64,000 nucleotides of DNA, from NCBI GenBank assembly GCA_022449545.1, contig JAKUPN010000005.1, forward strand, positions 3,897 through 67,896, written 5' to 3'. The notes under the pieces are model-generated. The model worked only from the letters and a program-made list of their open reading frames with translations, did not search any database and was not told where the DNA came from. How positions within the stretch are numbered: the first letter of the stretch is position 1; each line of letters begins with the position of its first letter. Of the stretch, positions 42,609-53,625 are shown one piece after another. The stretch comes from Alphaproteobacteria bacterium. GTDB lineage: Bacteria > Pseudomonadota > Alphaproteobacteria > UBA6615. Both the position numbers and the translations under genes were made by a program.

Positions 42609-43916
42609 ATGAATGATAGCAATACCAAAGAAACTGTTTCAATAACAATAAACAGCACCGGTGAAACTATTGAACTACCGATTCTTGATGGAACTCAGGG
42701 TCCTCAGGTAATAGATGTACGACAATTATATTCAAAGACAGGTATGTTCACGTATGATCCTAGTTACACAAGCACTGCGAGTTGTGATTCTTCTATGACG
42801 TATATAGATGGTGAGGAAGGCATTCTTCGTCACGCAGGATACACTATAGAGGAACTTACTGAAAAAAGCTCATTCCTAGAAGTTTGCTATTTATTACTTC
42901 ACGGCGAATTACCAAATTTATCAGAAATGCAGGACTTTGAAAGAACTATAACCAATCACACTATGGTTCATGATCAATTACAGTTTCTATATCGTGGTTT
43001 CAGAAGAGACGCTCATCCTATGGCAGTAATGATTGGTGTCGTAGGTGCTATGTCTGCATTCTACCATGACTCAACCGACATATCTAATCCACAACAGCGC
43101 CTAATAGCCAGTCATAGATTAATTGCTAAAATGCCTACCATGGCGGCAATGGCATATAAATATTCTATTGGACAACCGTTTGTATACCCACGTAATGAAT
43201 TAAGCTATGCCGAGAATTTTTTACATATGACTTTTGGAGTACCAGCTGAAGAATACAGTTGCAGTCCAGTAATTTCACGAGCACTTGATCGTATATTTAT
43301 ACTACACGCCGATCACGAACAGAACGCATCTACCTCAACAGTTAGACTAGCTGGTTCATCAGGTGCAAATCCTTTTGCTTGTATAGCGGCAGGAATTGCG
43401 ACTCTATGGGGGCCAGCACATGGCGGAGCAAATGAAGCAGTCTTAGAAATGCTATCAGAAATAGGTAGCAAGGAAAGAATACCAGAGTTTTTAGAAAAAG
43501 CTAAGAACAAGGATGATCCTTTCAGACTAATGGGGTTTGGTCATCGAGTATATAAAAATTACGATCCACGAGCCGGCGTTCTAAAGCCTGCAGCATATGA
43601 AGTTCTAGAAGAAGTTGGTATACAAAATCCATTAATGGAACTTGCTTTGGAACTAGAGAGGTTAGCGTTGGAAGATGACTACTTCGTTGAACGCAAATTA
43701 TTTCCTAACGTCGACTTCTACTCAGGAATAATTCTGAGTGCAATAGGATTCCCCACAAGTATGTTCACTGTCTTATTTACCTTAGCTCGGGCAGTTGGAT
43801 GGATTGCCCAATGGAAAGAAATGATAGAGGATCCTGGACAAAGAATTGGGAGACCAAGACAATTGTATTTAGGTCATGCTGAACGAAAATTTGTTCCTAT
43901 TGACGAAAGAAATTAA
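42609..43916 (+). CDS. gltA: Citrate synthase (type II)
   Basis: [33 protein letters not shown] and PNVDFYSG motifs. Confidence 0.98.
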   Translation: MNDSNTKETVSITINSTGETIELPILDGTQGPQVIDVRQLYSKTGMFTYDPSYTSTASCDSSMTYIDGEEGILRHAGYTIEELTEKSSFLEVCYLLLHGELPNLSEMQDFERTITNHTMVHDQLQFLYRGFRRDAHPMAVMIGVVGAMSAFYHDSTDISNPQQRLIASHRLIAKMPTMAAMAYKYSIGQPFVYPRNELSYAENFLHMTFGVPAEEYSCSPVISRALDRIFILHADHEQNASTSTVRLAGSSGANPFACIAAGIATLWGPAHGGANEAVLEMLSEIGSKERIPEFLEKAKNKDDPFRLMGFGHRVYKNYDPRAGVLKPAAYEVLEEVGIQNPLMELALELERLALEDDYFVERKLFPNVDFYSGIILSAIGFPTSMFTVLFTLARAVGWIAQWKEMIEDPGQRIGRPRQLYLGHAERKFVPIDERN

Positions 43917-43931
43917 ACACAAAACAATGAT

Positions 43932-44135
43932 ATGAATATAGATTCCAAGAATAACGAATCAGAATATAAAACCCTAAACTTTAAACAGGTCACTCTATCT
44001 GATCGTTGGTCGCCTCTTGTAAAAGGTCCAAATGAAAATATTTATCAACCAGAAAATCGTATTCAACGTACACTAATTTGTGCACTTTGTTTATTACTAG
44101 TAGGTATTATTCTATGGTCTTTACAAGTTCTTTAG
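43932..44135 (+). CDS. Small hypothetical protein with a single C-terminal TM helix
   Basis: A 67-aa ATG ORF 15 bp after the gltA stop that fills the gap to the convergent cupin gene; hydrophobic C-terminus. Confidence 0.55.
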   Translation: MNIDSKNNESEYKTLNFKQVTLSDRWSPLVKGPNENIYQPENRIQRTLICALCLLLVGIILWSLQVL

Positions 44136-44137
44136 TT

Positions 44138-44629
44138 TTATTTTTTACTAAAAGAGCCACCGTCTTTATGAGTAAAAACCGGTTTTCCGTTTACAACAGT
44201 ATTTAACATATCTATGTCAGGATACGTAACCACTTCGTTTTTTGGCCGATCGCCTATTTCTATATACCACGCATCAGAGTTGGAAAAATTTGCAACTTGA
44301 TGCCCATTTGGTAGTCCTGCAGGAAATCCTGCAGACATTCCTTCAGTCATTTCTGTATGACCTTCATCACTTATAAGTGTAAGTGTTCCCGACAGAACAT
44401 ATATAAATTCATCTTGTTTTGTATGCCAATGTCTTGCCGATGAAAATGCACCTGACTCCAAACAAACTACGTTAACTCCAAACTTTGTTAATCCAAGTGC
44501 ATTGGACACTCTATGTCGATGTCTTCCTCTAACAATTCGATCAAATGGTTTTGGGTAAAGTGATGAACTATCCGGTGCAATAGAAAGGGTATCTGTTAAA
44601 AGAATTTTGTTATCTTTATTTTTAGTCAT
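44138..44629 (-). CDS. Cupin domain protein (COG3837-like)
   Basis: GLTKFGVN, SSARHWH..DEF.YVL.G, GFPAG..NGH and YPD.D motifs. Confidence 0.9.
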   Translation of the reverse strand: MTKNKDNKILLTDTLSIAPDSSSLYPKPFDRIVRGRHRHRVSNALGLTKFGVNVVCLESGAFSSARHWHTKQDEFIYVLSGTLTLISDEGHTEMTEGMSAGFPAGLPNGHQVANFSNSDAWYIEIGDRPKNEVVTYPDIDMLNTVVNGKPVFTHKDGGSFSKK

Positions 44630-45045
44630 TTTATTTTTTCACTTAACTCAATCAATTCAATTTTATAACCGTCTGGGTCCTCTAAAAATGCAATAATGGT
44701 TGAGCCATGTTTCATAGGACCAGGAGATCGTGTAATAGTAACTCCTTCTATTTCCATGTTTTTACAAATGTCATAGATATCAAAAACTCCAATAGCAATG
44801 TGGCCAAACCCTGTGCCGTGAGTATAAGGTTCCTTTGGATCCCAATTATACGTTAGTTCAATTACCGTATCTTCTGATTCTTCACCATAACCTACGAAGA
44901 CATTGGTAAATTCACCATCTTTATAATCTTTTCTGCGAATAACCTTCATTCCAAGAATACGAGTATAGAAATCAATAGAACGATCTAGGTTTTGAACACG
45001 TATCATAGTATGCAACAGCCGATACTCACTACTTATCTTATTCAT
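44626..45045 (-). CDS. gloA: Lactoylglutathione lyase (glyoxalase I)
   Basis: LLHTMIRV, ELTYNW, GFGHIAIG and DPDGYKIELI motifs. Confidence 0.96.
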   Translation of the reverse strand: MNKISSEYRLLHTMIRVQNLDRSIDFYTRILGMKVIRRKDYKDGEFTNVFVGYGEESEDTVIELTYNWDPKEPYTHGTGFGHIAIGVFDIYDICKNMEIEGVTITRSPGPMKHGSTIIAFLEDPDGYKIELIELSEKIK

Positions 45046-45108
45046 TGTTTATCATCCATGATAATCCATTTCTAACCTCGGAGCTCTTGTTCAATTAATG
45101 AAGGTGTA

Positions 45109-46275
45109 TCATCTAAATTCTCGTTTAATACGCATCACTTCTAAAGCAGCTTTCCTACTGGGACTAACATCAGATATTTGGAGTTTCTTTATAACAGCAT
45201 TTTCATCACTTATAATTGCATGTCTTAGATCTCTATCAACAATTAATCGATTGACTTCATTAAAAATCTTAGTCGAATTACAATTTTCTTGAATAAATTC
45301 TGGTAAAACTTCTTTTTGAGCTATCAGGTTTACAATAGAAACATGCTTAACCTTCAACAAAAAACGAGCGAACAAACCTGTTAACCAGGATACTTTGTAA
45401 ATAACAACTGATGGTACCGAGGCACATGCTAGCTCAAGGGTTGCAGTCCCAGATGCTGTTATAGCTATATCGCTTGCAGCATATGCATCATATTTATCTT
45501 TCGAATTATCAATTATAGTGACCGGAACACCTGATATTTTAGTTTTTTCTACAAGGCCTTTAACAGTTGAAACCGTAGGAATAATAACGTGCAAGTCTTT
45601 ATGATTAAGAGCTAGTTTTTCTATCACTCTTATCATGATCGGTAACAATTTTTTTACTTCGGTTAGTCGACTCCCTGGTAAGGCACATAGAACAATACTA
45701 TTTTGGTTAATAGACAATTTCTTACGAAATTCCCTCCCGGCATAGGTAGCTGATCTCGTTTCTATAGCTGGATGACTTACAAAACTGCAGGGCATCTTAA
45801 ATTTCTTAAAAAAATCAGTTTCAAAAGGAAATAATGCCAAAACATGATCTACATATAACTTAAATTTATAAATTCGTTTGGGACGCCATGCCCAAAATTG
45901 TGGGGCAACATAGTGAATTCTTGGCTGGGAGTGTCGTTTTAACTTCTTCAAAACCCTTAAAGAAAAGCTTGGGGAGTCTATTGTCACGATTATATCAGGA
46001 CGAACTCTATCAATTTCTTTGGAAACTTGTCTAATTCTCATTAATATTCTTGGCAAACTAGGTAAAACCTCAGCAAAACCCATCACGGCCAACTGTCGAT
46101 AGTCAAAAAGGCTTCTAAGTCCAGCACTAGTCATTAGTGGCCCACCAACACCACTAAAATAAATCTCAGATTTATTTATATTTTTTAACTCTTTGATTAA
46201 ATAAGATCCAAGTGCATCACCAGAGGGCTCGCCTGCAATCATAAAAACATGAATTCTTTTTCTGTCGTCAGTCAT
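45109..46275 (-). CDS. lpxB: Lipid A disaccharide synthase
   Basis: AGEPSGD.LG, VMGFAEV, HYVAPQ.WAWR, LPGSR..E and SGTATLE motifs. Confidence 0.96.
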   Translation of the reverse strand: MTDDRKRIHVFMIAGEPSGDALGSYLIKELKNINKSEIYFSGVGGPLMTSAGLRSLFDYRQLAVMGFAEVLPSLPRILMRIRQVSKEIDRVRPDIIVTIDSPSFSLRVLKKLKRHSQPRIHYVAPQFWAWRPKRIYKFKLYVDHVLALFPFETDFFKKFKMPCSFVSHPAIETRSATYAGREFRKKLSINQNSIVLCALPGSRLTEVKKLLPIMIRVIEKLALNHKDLHVIIPTVSTVKGLVEKTKISGVPVTIIDNSKDKYDAYAASDIAITASGTATLELACASVPSVVIYKVSWLTGLFARFLLKVKHVSIVNLIAQKEVLPEFIQENCNSTKIFNEVNRLIVDRDLRHAIISDENAVIKKLQISDVSPSRKAALEVMRIKREFR

Positions 46276-46291
46276 AATTAATTATTAAACA

Positions 46292-47137
46292 TCAATCAAT
46301 TACGTAATCAGCTTTATAATCATTAGGGTTTAATCCAACAATAAATATCCCTTCCTTATTAGCCAATTCTATCGTTTTTTCTGCTTCAATTACCAAAGTC
46401 AGATTTGCTGCTATAGCGATGCCTGATAAACCAGATTCTTTTGCCTTTTGTACAGTTCTAGGACCAATAGCTGGCATATCAACTCTTTTCTCTTGTCCAG
46501 GTTTGGGTAGTTTAATAAGAACTCCACCATTACCTCCATTAGAAATAGATTTACATCTTATTAGCATTTCCTCTGTACCTTCTGCAGCCTCGACAGCTAA
46601 GACCACTTCCTGTGATACAACTACTGACTGTCCAATATCCAGTGACCCGGTTTTATAAAGCACCTCAATACCACGGACTATATCTAGTTCCTGGTCATTA
46701 TTAGGAAAATGAACTCCCAGAATACCGGGTCCAGCAATTAATTCGCTCAGAAGTGAATCCACACCGACCACCTTGAAACCTTCTTCCTCTTCTAAAGACT
46801 TTATAATACCGCTCAAAAGTCCATCATCACCTTTAGAAAAAAAGCCTTTAGAAATAAATTTTGCAGCCCTTCTATCGGGTCTCAGATTAGATAGACTAGG
46901 ACGTTTTATAGGCCCAGCAAGGACTAATTCTTTACAACATTCCTCTCTTAAACGTTTCAGAGCCTCTCCTGCCGCACCTAACCGAACCCAAGAATGAGGG
47001 GCTTCACCTATCATTTTAGGGTCAGCTTGATCTTCAAATGCTATTACAAAATATTCACGATCTGTCTGCTTACAAAAATCAATCAATTTTGCTGGTAACG
47101 ACCCACTTCCTGCTAATATGCCAAGTTTAACTGCCAT
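46292..47137 (-). CDS. lpxI: UDP-2,3-diacylglucosamine hydrolase LpxI
   Basis: LGILAGSG.LP, DIGQ, AVEA.EGT and KP.Q..RVDMP.IGP.T motifs; lies between lpxA and lpxB; ATG at 47137. Confidence 0.93.
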   Translation of the reverse strand: MAVKLGILAGSGSLPAKLIDFCKQTDREYFVIAFEDQADPKMIGEAPHSWVRLGAAGEALKRLREECCKELVLAGPIKRPSLSNLRPDRRAAKFISKGFFSKGDDGLLSGIIKSLEEEEGFKVVGVDSLLSELIAGPGILGVHFPNNDQELDIVRGIEVLYKTGSLDIGQSVVVSQEVVLAVEAAEGTEEMLIRCKSISNGGNGGVLIKLPKPGQEKRVDMPAIGPRTVQKAKESGLSGIAIAANLTLVIEAEKTIELANKEGIFIVGLNPNDYKADYVID

Positions 47138-47927
47138 TAGATATTTTTGGTTGTAAAACAGCACGTGAAGTCTCAGTTCTGATAAATTCTACGATCTCCA
47201 TAACACCGCTATTGTCACCATAAAGAGTTATTACATCGTCAATTCGTTCAGAAAGAGTTCCTTCGTGTGCAAACATTAGTCTGTACGCAGTCCTTAATAT
47301 ATTTATATCCTCTCTAGAAAAATCTCGTCTTTGTAAGCCTATCAAATTTAAACCTCTCAACTTAGCTCTTTCTCCCATAGCTGACCCATAAGGTATTAAG
47401 TCCTGTTCAACTCCAGACATACCTCCAACCATAGCGTGTGCTCCAATTCGTACAAACTGATGTATTCCAGACAGTCCACCTATTATAGCAAAGTCGCCTA
47501 CCTGGACATGACCACCTAAGGTAGCATTATTCGCTAAAATTACGTGATTACCTATAATGCAATCATGAGCCACATGTGAACCAATCATAAAAAGGCAGTC
47601 ATCACCAATTATGGTTTTCATACCTCCGCCTTCTGTTCCAGGATTCATTGTCACGTGTTCTCGAATTTGATTTCTAGCACCTATTATTAATGACGAATCT
47701 TCTCCTTTGTACTTCAAATCCTGTGGTGGAAGACCAATTGAGGCAAAAGGATAAATATTGGTTCCTTCTCCTACAACTGTTTGGCCATCAATAACGACAT
47801 GTGAGTGAAGAAATACACCGTCCCCAATAACTGATTCAGGCCCAATAACACAATAGGGTCCAATTCTTACATCATTGCCAATATTTGCCTGAGACGAAAC
47901 TACTGCAGTGGGATGCACATCAACCAT
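47127..47927 (-). CDS. lpxA: UDP-N-acetylglucosamine acyltransferase
   Basis: Hexapeptide repeats, PQDLKY, HVAHDC, GHV and HQF motifs. Confidence 0.97.
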   Translation of the reverse strand: MVDVHPTAVVSSQANIGNDVRIGPYCVIGPESVIGDGVFLHSHVVIDGQTVVGEGTNIYPFASIGLPPQDLKYKGEDSSLIIGARNQIREHVTMNPGTEGGGMKTIIGDDCLFMIGSHVAHDCIIGNHVILANNATLGGHVQVGDFAIIGGLSGIHQFVRIGAHAMVGGMSGVEQDLIPYGSAMGERAKLRGLNLIGLQRRDFSREDINILRTAYRLMFAHEGTLSERIDDVITLYGDNSGVMEIVEFIRTETSRAVLQPKISNGS

Positions 47928-48410
47928 TTAATCATCCATAATCATTGCTGAGTAAGTTGCTTCAGCAACCACTTGTTCATCCACCCTTGCCTCCCCAGTG
48001 AACTTCCAAACAGAACCACGACTTCTTTGGACTTTTACATCTAACAATAGCTGATCGCCAGGCATTACTGGTTTACGAAATCGAGCATTGTCAATAGTCA
48101 TAAAATAAACCAATTTTCCCTTTGCTCCTTCCCCTAAAGATTCAACGACCAAGACAGCTGCTGTCTGTGCCATAGATTCAATAATCAAAACTCCAGGATA
48201 AACAGGTCGTTTGGGAAAATGACCAGTAAATACTGGCTCATCTTTTGCAATATTTCTAACTCCTATTGCACTCTCGTGTGGGGTAATGTTGATTACTGCA
48301 TCAATCAATAGAAATGGAGGCCTATGTGGAATTAATTCCATTATCTCTTGAATGCTTAATGATTTTTGAGACTCGCTTTTATCGGTTGTTTTTTCTAAAT
48401 CAGAAATCAT
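47928..48410 (-). CDS. fabZ: 3-hydroxyacyl-ACP dehydratase
   Basis: PHR.PFLLID, F.GHFP..PV.PGVLIIE.MAQ and FRKPV.PGD motifs. Confidence 0.96.
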   Translation of the reverse strand: MISDLEKTTDKSESQKSLSIQEIMELIPHRPPFLLIDAVINITPHESAIGVRNIAKDEPVFTGHFPKRPVYPGVLIIESMAQTAAVLVVESLGEGAKGKLVYFMTIDNARFRKPVMPGDQLLLDVKVQRSRGSVWKFTGEARVDEQVVAEATYSAMIMDD

Positions 48411-48454
48411 CTAAAAAATCCAAATTACTATCTAAGTGTTTGAACTATAAGTGT

Positions 48455-49480
48455 TTATAATTTTTTGTCTTTACTTAATTTTGATAAAATAGAAATCTGA
48501 CGGAAGAATTCTTTTATTGGAACTGCGGGATTTCCTGCTAATCGATCTCCAGTGCTTGTGTTACGCATTATTCCACTTCTTCCAGCCAGTTGTGTGCCTT
48601 CTGCAATACGTATATGCCCAGCTACTCCTGACTGCCCACCTAGTACAACAAATTTTTCCAATGATGCACTACCAGCTATACCCGCCTGTGCCACCACCAC
48701 ACAACCAGTTCCTATTTGGACATTATGACCAATCTGAACTAAGTTATCTATCTTACAACCATCTCCAATAATCGTATCAGGACCTGACCCCCTATCAATA
48801 CAAGAATTAGCCCCAATTTCAACATTATCACCTACGATAACAGTCCCCAATTGAGCAACATCCAAATGTCCTTCAGACGACATATCAAAACCAAATCCTC
48901 TTTGCCCTATTCTAACTCCCGGATGAATATTACAATTATTACCAATGTTGCAGTGGGAAAGTGAGGCATTTTCTCCAATATGGGTTCCCTCACCTATATT
49001 GACCATGTCACCTATAAAAACTCCTGAACCAATATTCGAAAAACTGCCAACTTCTACTCCATCGGAAATCACAGCATTAGCTCCGATGAAGGTAGGAGAA
49101 GCAATTTTAGCCGTCTTTGATATCACTGCAGTACTATGATGATTTGTCACTTCAACATGCTTATCTGGATAAAACATATTGGCTATTCGAGCATAAGACC
49201 TATAGGGCTTCGTACTTACTAGTAAACTCATTCCCTCTGGTGCTTGACTTATCATTTTAGACAATACAATACACGCTTTAGCCTGACTATTTGAAAAAGT
49301 TTCTATATATTTTGGATTATCTAAAAAACTTATGTCAGAAGAAGTAGCTTTTTCCAAGGGGGCTACATCATGAATCAGGATGTCAGGATCAGTATTCGAA
49401 TCGAGTTCAGACTCACCGATATCCGCAAGCTCTCTTAAGGTAAAAGGTCCACGTTTATTAAAAAATTTCTCGTCAGCCAT
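48455..49480 (-). CDS. lpxD: UDP-3-O-acyl-glucosamine N-acyltransferase
   Basis: GFGF, VEIGAN..IDRG and [11 protein letters not shown] motifs. Confidence 0.96.
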   Translation of the reverse strand: MADEKFFNKRGPFTLRELADIGESELDSNTDPDILIHDVAPLEKATSSDISFLDNPKYIETFSNSQAKACIVLSKMISQAPEGMSLLVSTKPYRSYARIANMFYPDKHVEVTNHHSTAVISKTAKIASPTFIGANAVISDGVEVGSFSNIGSGVFIGDMVNIGEGTHIGENASLSHCNIGNNCNIHPGVRIGQRGFGFDMSSEGHLDVAQLGTVIVGDNVEIGANSCIDRGSGPDTIIGDGCKIDNLVQIGHNVQIGTGCVVVAQAGIAGSASLEKFVVLGGQSGVAGHIRIAEGTQLAGRSGIMRNTSTGDRLAGNPAVPIKEFFRQISILSKLSKDKKL

Positions 49481-49495
49481 TGCACACTGATTATA

Positions 49496-50080
49496 TCATT
49501 TTCCAGGAATAGGTTTAGTTTTTTCTAGTTTAAGGTCAATAGATGGCAATCTTTTATTTAATCTCTTTAAAGCCAACTCAGTTATTTCAAAATCATCTAC
49601 TGCAATAACAATCTGCGACCTCGGAATGATAAGATTAACACCAATTTCAGAAGAGAGCTTCCTTAACTCATCAAATAGAATCATTTGTATCTGATTCATT
49701 GAGCTTCTAAATCCTTTGTCAAGACTCTGACTTAGATTTCTTGATCTTCTTTGTAGATTTCTAATATCAATCTGTAGCTTCTGTTGTTTTTTAGAGAAAA
49801 CCTCTGAAGATAATATGGACCGTTGCTGTTGTAGCTCCTGGTCTCTCTTTCTTAATTTTTTTTCTTCTTCATCTATAATCTTCTGCTCTTGCCGGGCAAT
49901 TATATCCATTTGGCTTCGAGCAGACTTTGCAGAAAGAGCATCTCTTAGTATTACTTGCACATCAACAATAGCGATTTTTACTGTTGGAGCCGAAAACTTG
50001 CTCTGTGCACTAAGCTCTATGCTTTGCCATATAAACATTAGACTAAATAAAGTTATATAAATTAATAATTGTCGTTTCAT
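49496..50080 (-). CDS. skp: OmpH/Skp periplasmic chaperone
   Basis: Signal peptide, KIAIVD, a coiled coil and C-terminal EIT...L.RLN; lies between bamA and lpxD; ATG at 50080. Confidence 0.88.
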   Translation of the reverse strand: MKRQLLIYITLFSLMFIWQSIELSAQSKFSAPTVKIAIVDVQVILRDALSAKSARSQMDIIARQEQKIIDEEEKKLRKRDQELQQQRSILSSEVFSKKQQKLQIDIRNLQRRSRNLSQSLDKGFRSSMNQIQMILFDELRKLSSEIGVNLIIPRSQIVIAVDDFEITELALKRLNKRLPSIDLKLEKTKPIPGK

Positions 50081-50099
50081 TTTTTTTACACCACGGATG

Positions 50100-52406
50100 T
50101 TAGAAACGAGTTCCAAAGTTAAAACTAAAAGTTTCAGTTTTATCATAATCCTTTTTCAACAAAGCTGAAGCAAAATCAAACCTTAACGGCCCCATGGGAG
50201 AAAGCCAGCCTAGCCCAATCCCTATGGAAGCTCGCGGTGAAGCATCATCTACTAAATTAGAAAAAGGGTCATCTACTCCCCAAGCTGAGCCAAAATCACT
50301 AAACAGACTTCCTTGAAAATCGAATTCATCTGGTAGTCCAAGCGGGAAGGAGATTTCAGCACTGCCCGAATAGTATTGTTGTCCACCAATGGCATCTTTA
50401 GTAGTTAAATCCCTTGGCCCAACTCCTGCACTATCAAATCCTCTTAAGGACGAACCTCCAAGAAAAAATCGTTTTGTGAGACGAACCTGATCGTTATTAA
50501 ATGTCATCACGTGCCCCATCTCACCTATGAGACTCACCACTGCAGAGGTCCCAAATAATGTTGAGTAAACACCACCTTCAAACTTGTTTCTCAAAAACTT
50601 TGCAGAGCCACCCAAACCAGCAACTTCAACACTATATGAACCAAAGTAACCTTCAGTTGGATTAAATCGTCTGTTTAAGTGATCTAAACGAAACTCATTT
50701 AAAACACTTGACGTAACGTGACTTCCTGCTTGTGATTTAACGACTTCAGATGCAAGGGCCGGAACATTGTCTATATTTTGACGAGCCAAGGAATATCTAA
50801 CAGTGTGTCTTAATTTCGGCTCAAGGTTATAACTCATACGTAAACCAAAACCCTGTTGATCTTCTTCAAAGGAGCTTTGACTGGATAAGTCAGCTGTTCT
50901 AACAAATACATTGAAGCCAGCCGCCACATCTCTCTCTAAAAAGTAGGGTTCAGTGAAACTAAGATCTACTCTTTGCTGTTCTGCCCCAATATTCAAACTA
51001 AGACGGAGATCCTGACCGCGACCTAATAAATTTCTTTCACGAACCGATATGTCTCCGAGAGGTCCTCCAGCAGAAGAAAACCCAGCTCCGATAGACAGCT
51101 CCCCAGTGGATTTTTCTTCAACCGATACATCAATTATAGTCCTATCTGAAGACGACCCAGGCTGGTTGGTAATATCAACTCGTTCAAAAAAGCCTAGATC
51201 AAATAATCTCTGACGACTTATTCTTAACTTAGCTGTGTTAAACGCATCGCCTTCTAATATTGAAAATTCTCTTCTTATAACCTTATCAAGAGTGCGCACA
51301 TTGCCTCTTATGTTTATGCGCTCAACATAAACACGTGGCCCTTCACTAATTTCATAAGTTATGTTCAGAGTTTTTTGTTGCCTAATCTTTTTAACACGTG
51401 GCCTCACGTCTACAAATGCAAAACCTCTAGCACCAAGATCATTAGTAAGAGACTGAACAGTTTCCTCAACTTTATTAGCATCATATGTTTCACCCTGTGA
51501 ACCTATGACAAGAGATTTCAGGTCATCAGCCGATAGATTTGATAATCTGTTAACTACTTCAACATTACCAAAAGTATATTTTTCACCTTCATCAACAGTA
51601 AATGTAATAACAAAATCATTCCGGTCATCAGTCAATTCTGCAATTGCTGAAACAACAGTAAAATCAGCATATCCTTCAGATAAATAAAACCTTCTCAATA
51701 ATTCACGATCATAGGAAACTCTATCAGGGTCATAGGTGTCATCTGAGGAAAATATACGCCAAAATGCAGACTCATGAGTTCGAATAATGTCTCTTAATTT
51801 CGAATCCGAATATTTTATATTTCCAATAAAATGAATTGCGCGTATTCCATTTAGAGGCCCCTCAACGATCTCAAACACTAAATCAACTCTATTTTCTGAT
51901 AATTGAATGACCTTAGGCTCAACTGTTGCGCCAAAGCGGCCAGTCCGTCTGTAAATATTAAGCAAGCGCTTAACATCATTTTGAACTTTGGTTCGCGTGT
52001 AGACTACTCTTGGACGCAGTGAAACTTCTGATTTGAGGACTTCATCATCAAGTTTTTTGTTTCCCTCAAATGAAATACGATTAATAATTGGATTCTCAAC
52101 GACCTTTACAATTAGTGTACTCCCGTCCTTTTCAATAACCACATCAGCGAATAGCCCGGTATTAAAAAGACTCTTTAGAGATGCATCAACAAGAGTTGGA
52201 CTATAAGTATCTCCTAATTTAATTTTTAAATAAGATATAATTGTTGTTGGTTCAATTCTTTTGACGCCCTCCACGCGTACACTGTCGATAGTCACTATGC
52301 TCTGCCCAGAAAAAGCAAAAGGACTATGCAAAACAGTGTTTATTGAAGAAACAATTGTTATAAACACAAATGCCACGACAACACGTGTCATCATTACGAG
52401 CCTCAT
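50100..52406 (-). CDS. bamA: Outer membrane protein assembly factor BamA
   Basis: POTRA repeats, ERNLLGRGQ, LRGF loop, SPMGPLRFD and C-terminal Phe. Confidence 0.97.
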   Translation of the reverse strand: MRLVMMTRVVVAFVFITIVSSINTVLHSPFAFSGQSIVTIDSVRVEGVKRIEPTTIISYLKIKLGDTYSPTLVDASLKSLFNTGLFADVVIEKDGSTLIVKVVENPIINRISFEGNKKLDDEVLKSEVSLRPRVVYTRTKVQNDVKRLLNIYRRTGRFGATVEPKVIQLSENRVDLVFEIVEGPLNGIRAIHFIGNIKYSDSKLRDIIRTHESAFWRIFSSDDTYDPDRVSYDRELLRRFYLSEGYADFTVVSAIAELTDDRNDFVITFTVDEGEKYTFGNVEVVNRLSNLSADDLKSLVIGSQGETYDANKVEETVQSLTNDLGARGFAFVDVRPRVKKIRQQKTLNITYEISEGPRVYVERINIRGNVRTLDKVIRREFSILEGDAFNTAKLRISRQRLFDLGFFERVDITNQPGSSSDRTIIDVSVEEKSTGELSIGAGFSSAGGPLGDISVRERNLLGRGQDLRLSLNIGAEQQRVDLSFTEPYFLERDVAAGFNVFVRTADLSSQSSFEEDQQGFGLRMSYNLEPKLRHTVRYSLARQNIDNVPALASEVVKSQAGSHVTSSVLNEFRLDHLNRRFNPTEGYFGSYSVEVAGLGGSAKFLRNKFEGGVYSTLFGTSAVVSLIGEMGHVMTFNNDQVRLTKRFFLGGSSLRGFDSAGVGPRDLTTKDAIGGQQYYSGSAEISFPLGLPDEFDFQGSLFSDFGSAWGVDDPFSNLVDDASPRASIGIGLGWLSPMGPLRFDFASALLKKDYDKTETFSFNFGTRF

Positions 52407-52452
52407 AATTAGACGCCTTCCTTTAATTTCGGCCTTTTATTTAAAATCACTA

Positions 52453-53571
52453 TCACTTAACAAACAAGTCATTAACCAGATCATTATAAATCCCTTCTAA
52501 ATCATTATACGTTGCAAACAGCATGAGGCTAATCAAAAGAACTAGGCCCAACTTTAAACCAATATCAACAACTTTAGGATGTGGGGGGGCCCGAAACACA
52601 AATTCATAAGCATAAAACAACAGATGCCCACCATCCAGCAATGGAATAGGTAACAGGTTTATTAAACCAAGATTGACCGATAGAAGAGCGGCTATAAAAA
52701 TTAGAGATGCTATGCCTGTTTCCGCTGCCTTACCTGATATTTGAGCTATCCTTATAGGACCGCCAAGTTGCTTTGCGCTTCTATCACCACTTATTATCTG
52801 TGCCACACCTGTTACCATAACTGTTGAAAGATGAGCAGTAGCCCTTAAAGATTGCCACACGGCCTCTATTGGCCCATGTTTTATGAACTCTCGAGCCGTA
52901 CCCCTGACCCCTATGCGACCAATTTTTATTTCAGCACCCAATCCATCAGAAGCAATAACAACAGAAGGGGTAATAGGTATTTTTATTATTGATCCTTCTC
53001 TCTGAATAGATATGTTTATTGGAATGCCAGGATGCAGTTGCACTAACTGAGCCACCTCCTCAAAACGACTTACCTTACTACCTGCCACCTCAACAAAGAA
53101 ATCATCCTCTTTTAATCCAGCTTCATCCGCAACTGAACCAGAAACTATCCCTGTTATTTTAGCTGGTGTAAAGGACTGCCCAATTGTAGAAAATGAGATG
53201 GCTAATATTAAAACTGCAAATAGAATATTTGCTATTGGCCCTGCTGCTACAATAGCAGCTCTTTGCCCAAGCCTTTTATGAGAGAAGGATACGCTTTGTT
53301 CTTCATTAGTAAGAAATGATTCATCAACTTCTGAAGTAATATCAGACTGACCAAACATTTTTACATAACCACCTAGGGGGATAAGGCTGAACTTCCATCT
53401 AGTTCCTAGTTTGTCTGTCCAACCAAATATCTCTTTTCCAAACCCAACAGAAAAAACTTCCACACGAACTCCATTCTTTCTAGCCACCCAATAATGACCA
53501 AGTTCATGAACAAAAACTAAAGGAGTTAAAACGACCAATAAACCAATAATTGGTAAAAGTATTTCACTCAT
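52453..53571 (-). CDS. rseP: Intramembrane metalloprotease RseP
   Basis: HELGH, FSVGFG, PLGGYVKM, AGP.AN, a PDZ domain and NLLPIP.LDGG. Confidence 0.96.
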   Translation of the reverse strand: MSEILLPIIGLLVVLTPLVFVHELGHYWVARKNGVRVEVFSVGFGKEIFGWTDKLGTRWKFSLIPLGGYVKMFGQSDITSEVDESFLTNEEQSVSFSHKRLGQRAAIVAAGPIANILFAVLILAISFSTIGQSFTPAKITGIVSGSVADEAGLKEDDFFVEVAGSKVSRFEEVAQLVQLHPGIPINISIQREGSIIKIPITPSVVIASDGLGAEIKIGRIGVRGTAREFIKHGPIEAVWQSLRATAHLSTVMVTGVAQIISGDRSAKQLGGPIRIAQISGKAAETGIASLIFIAALLSVNLGLINLLPIPLLDGGHLLFYAYEFVFRAPPHPKVVDIGLKLGLVLLISLMLFATYNDLEGIYNDLVNDLFVK

Positions 53572-53625
53572 TTATACACCACGTAAAAATTATAAAAAAT
53601 AATTGAGAAGGTACGGGTCATATAT

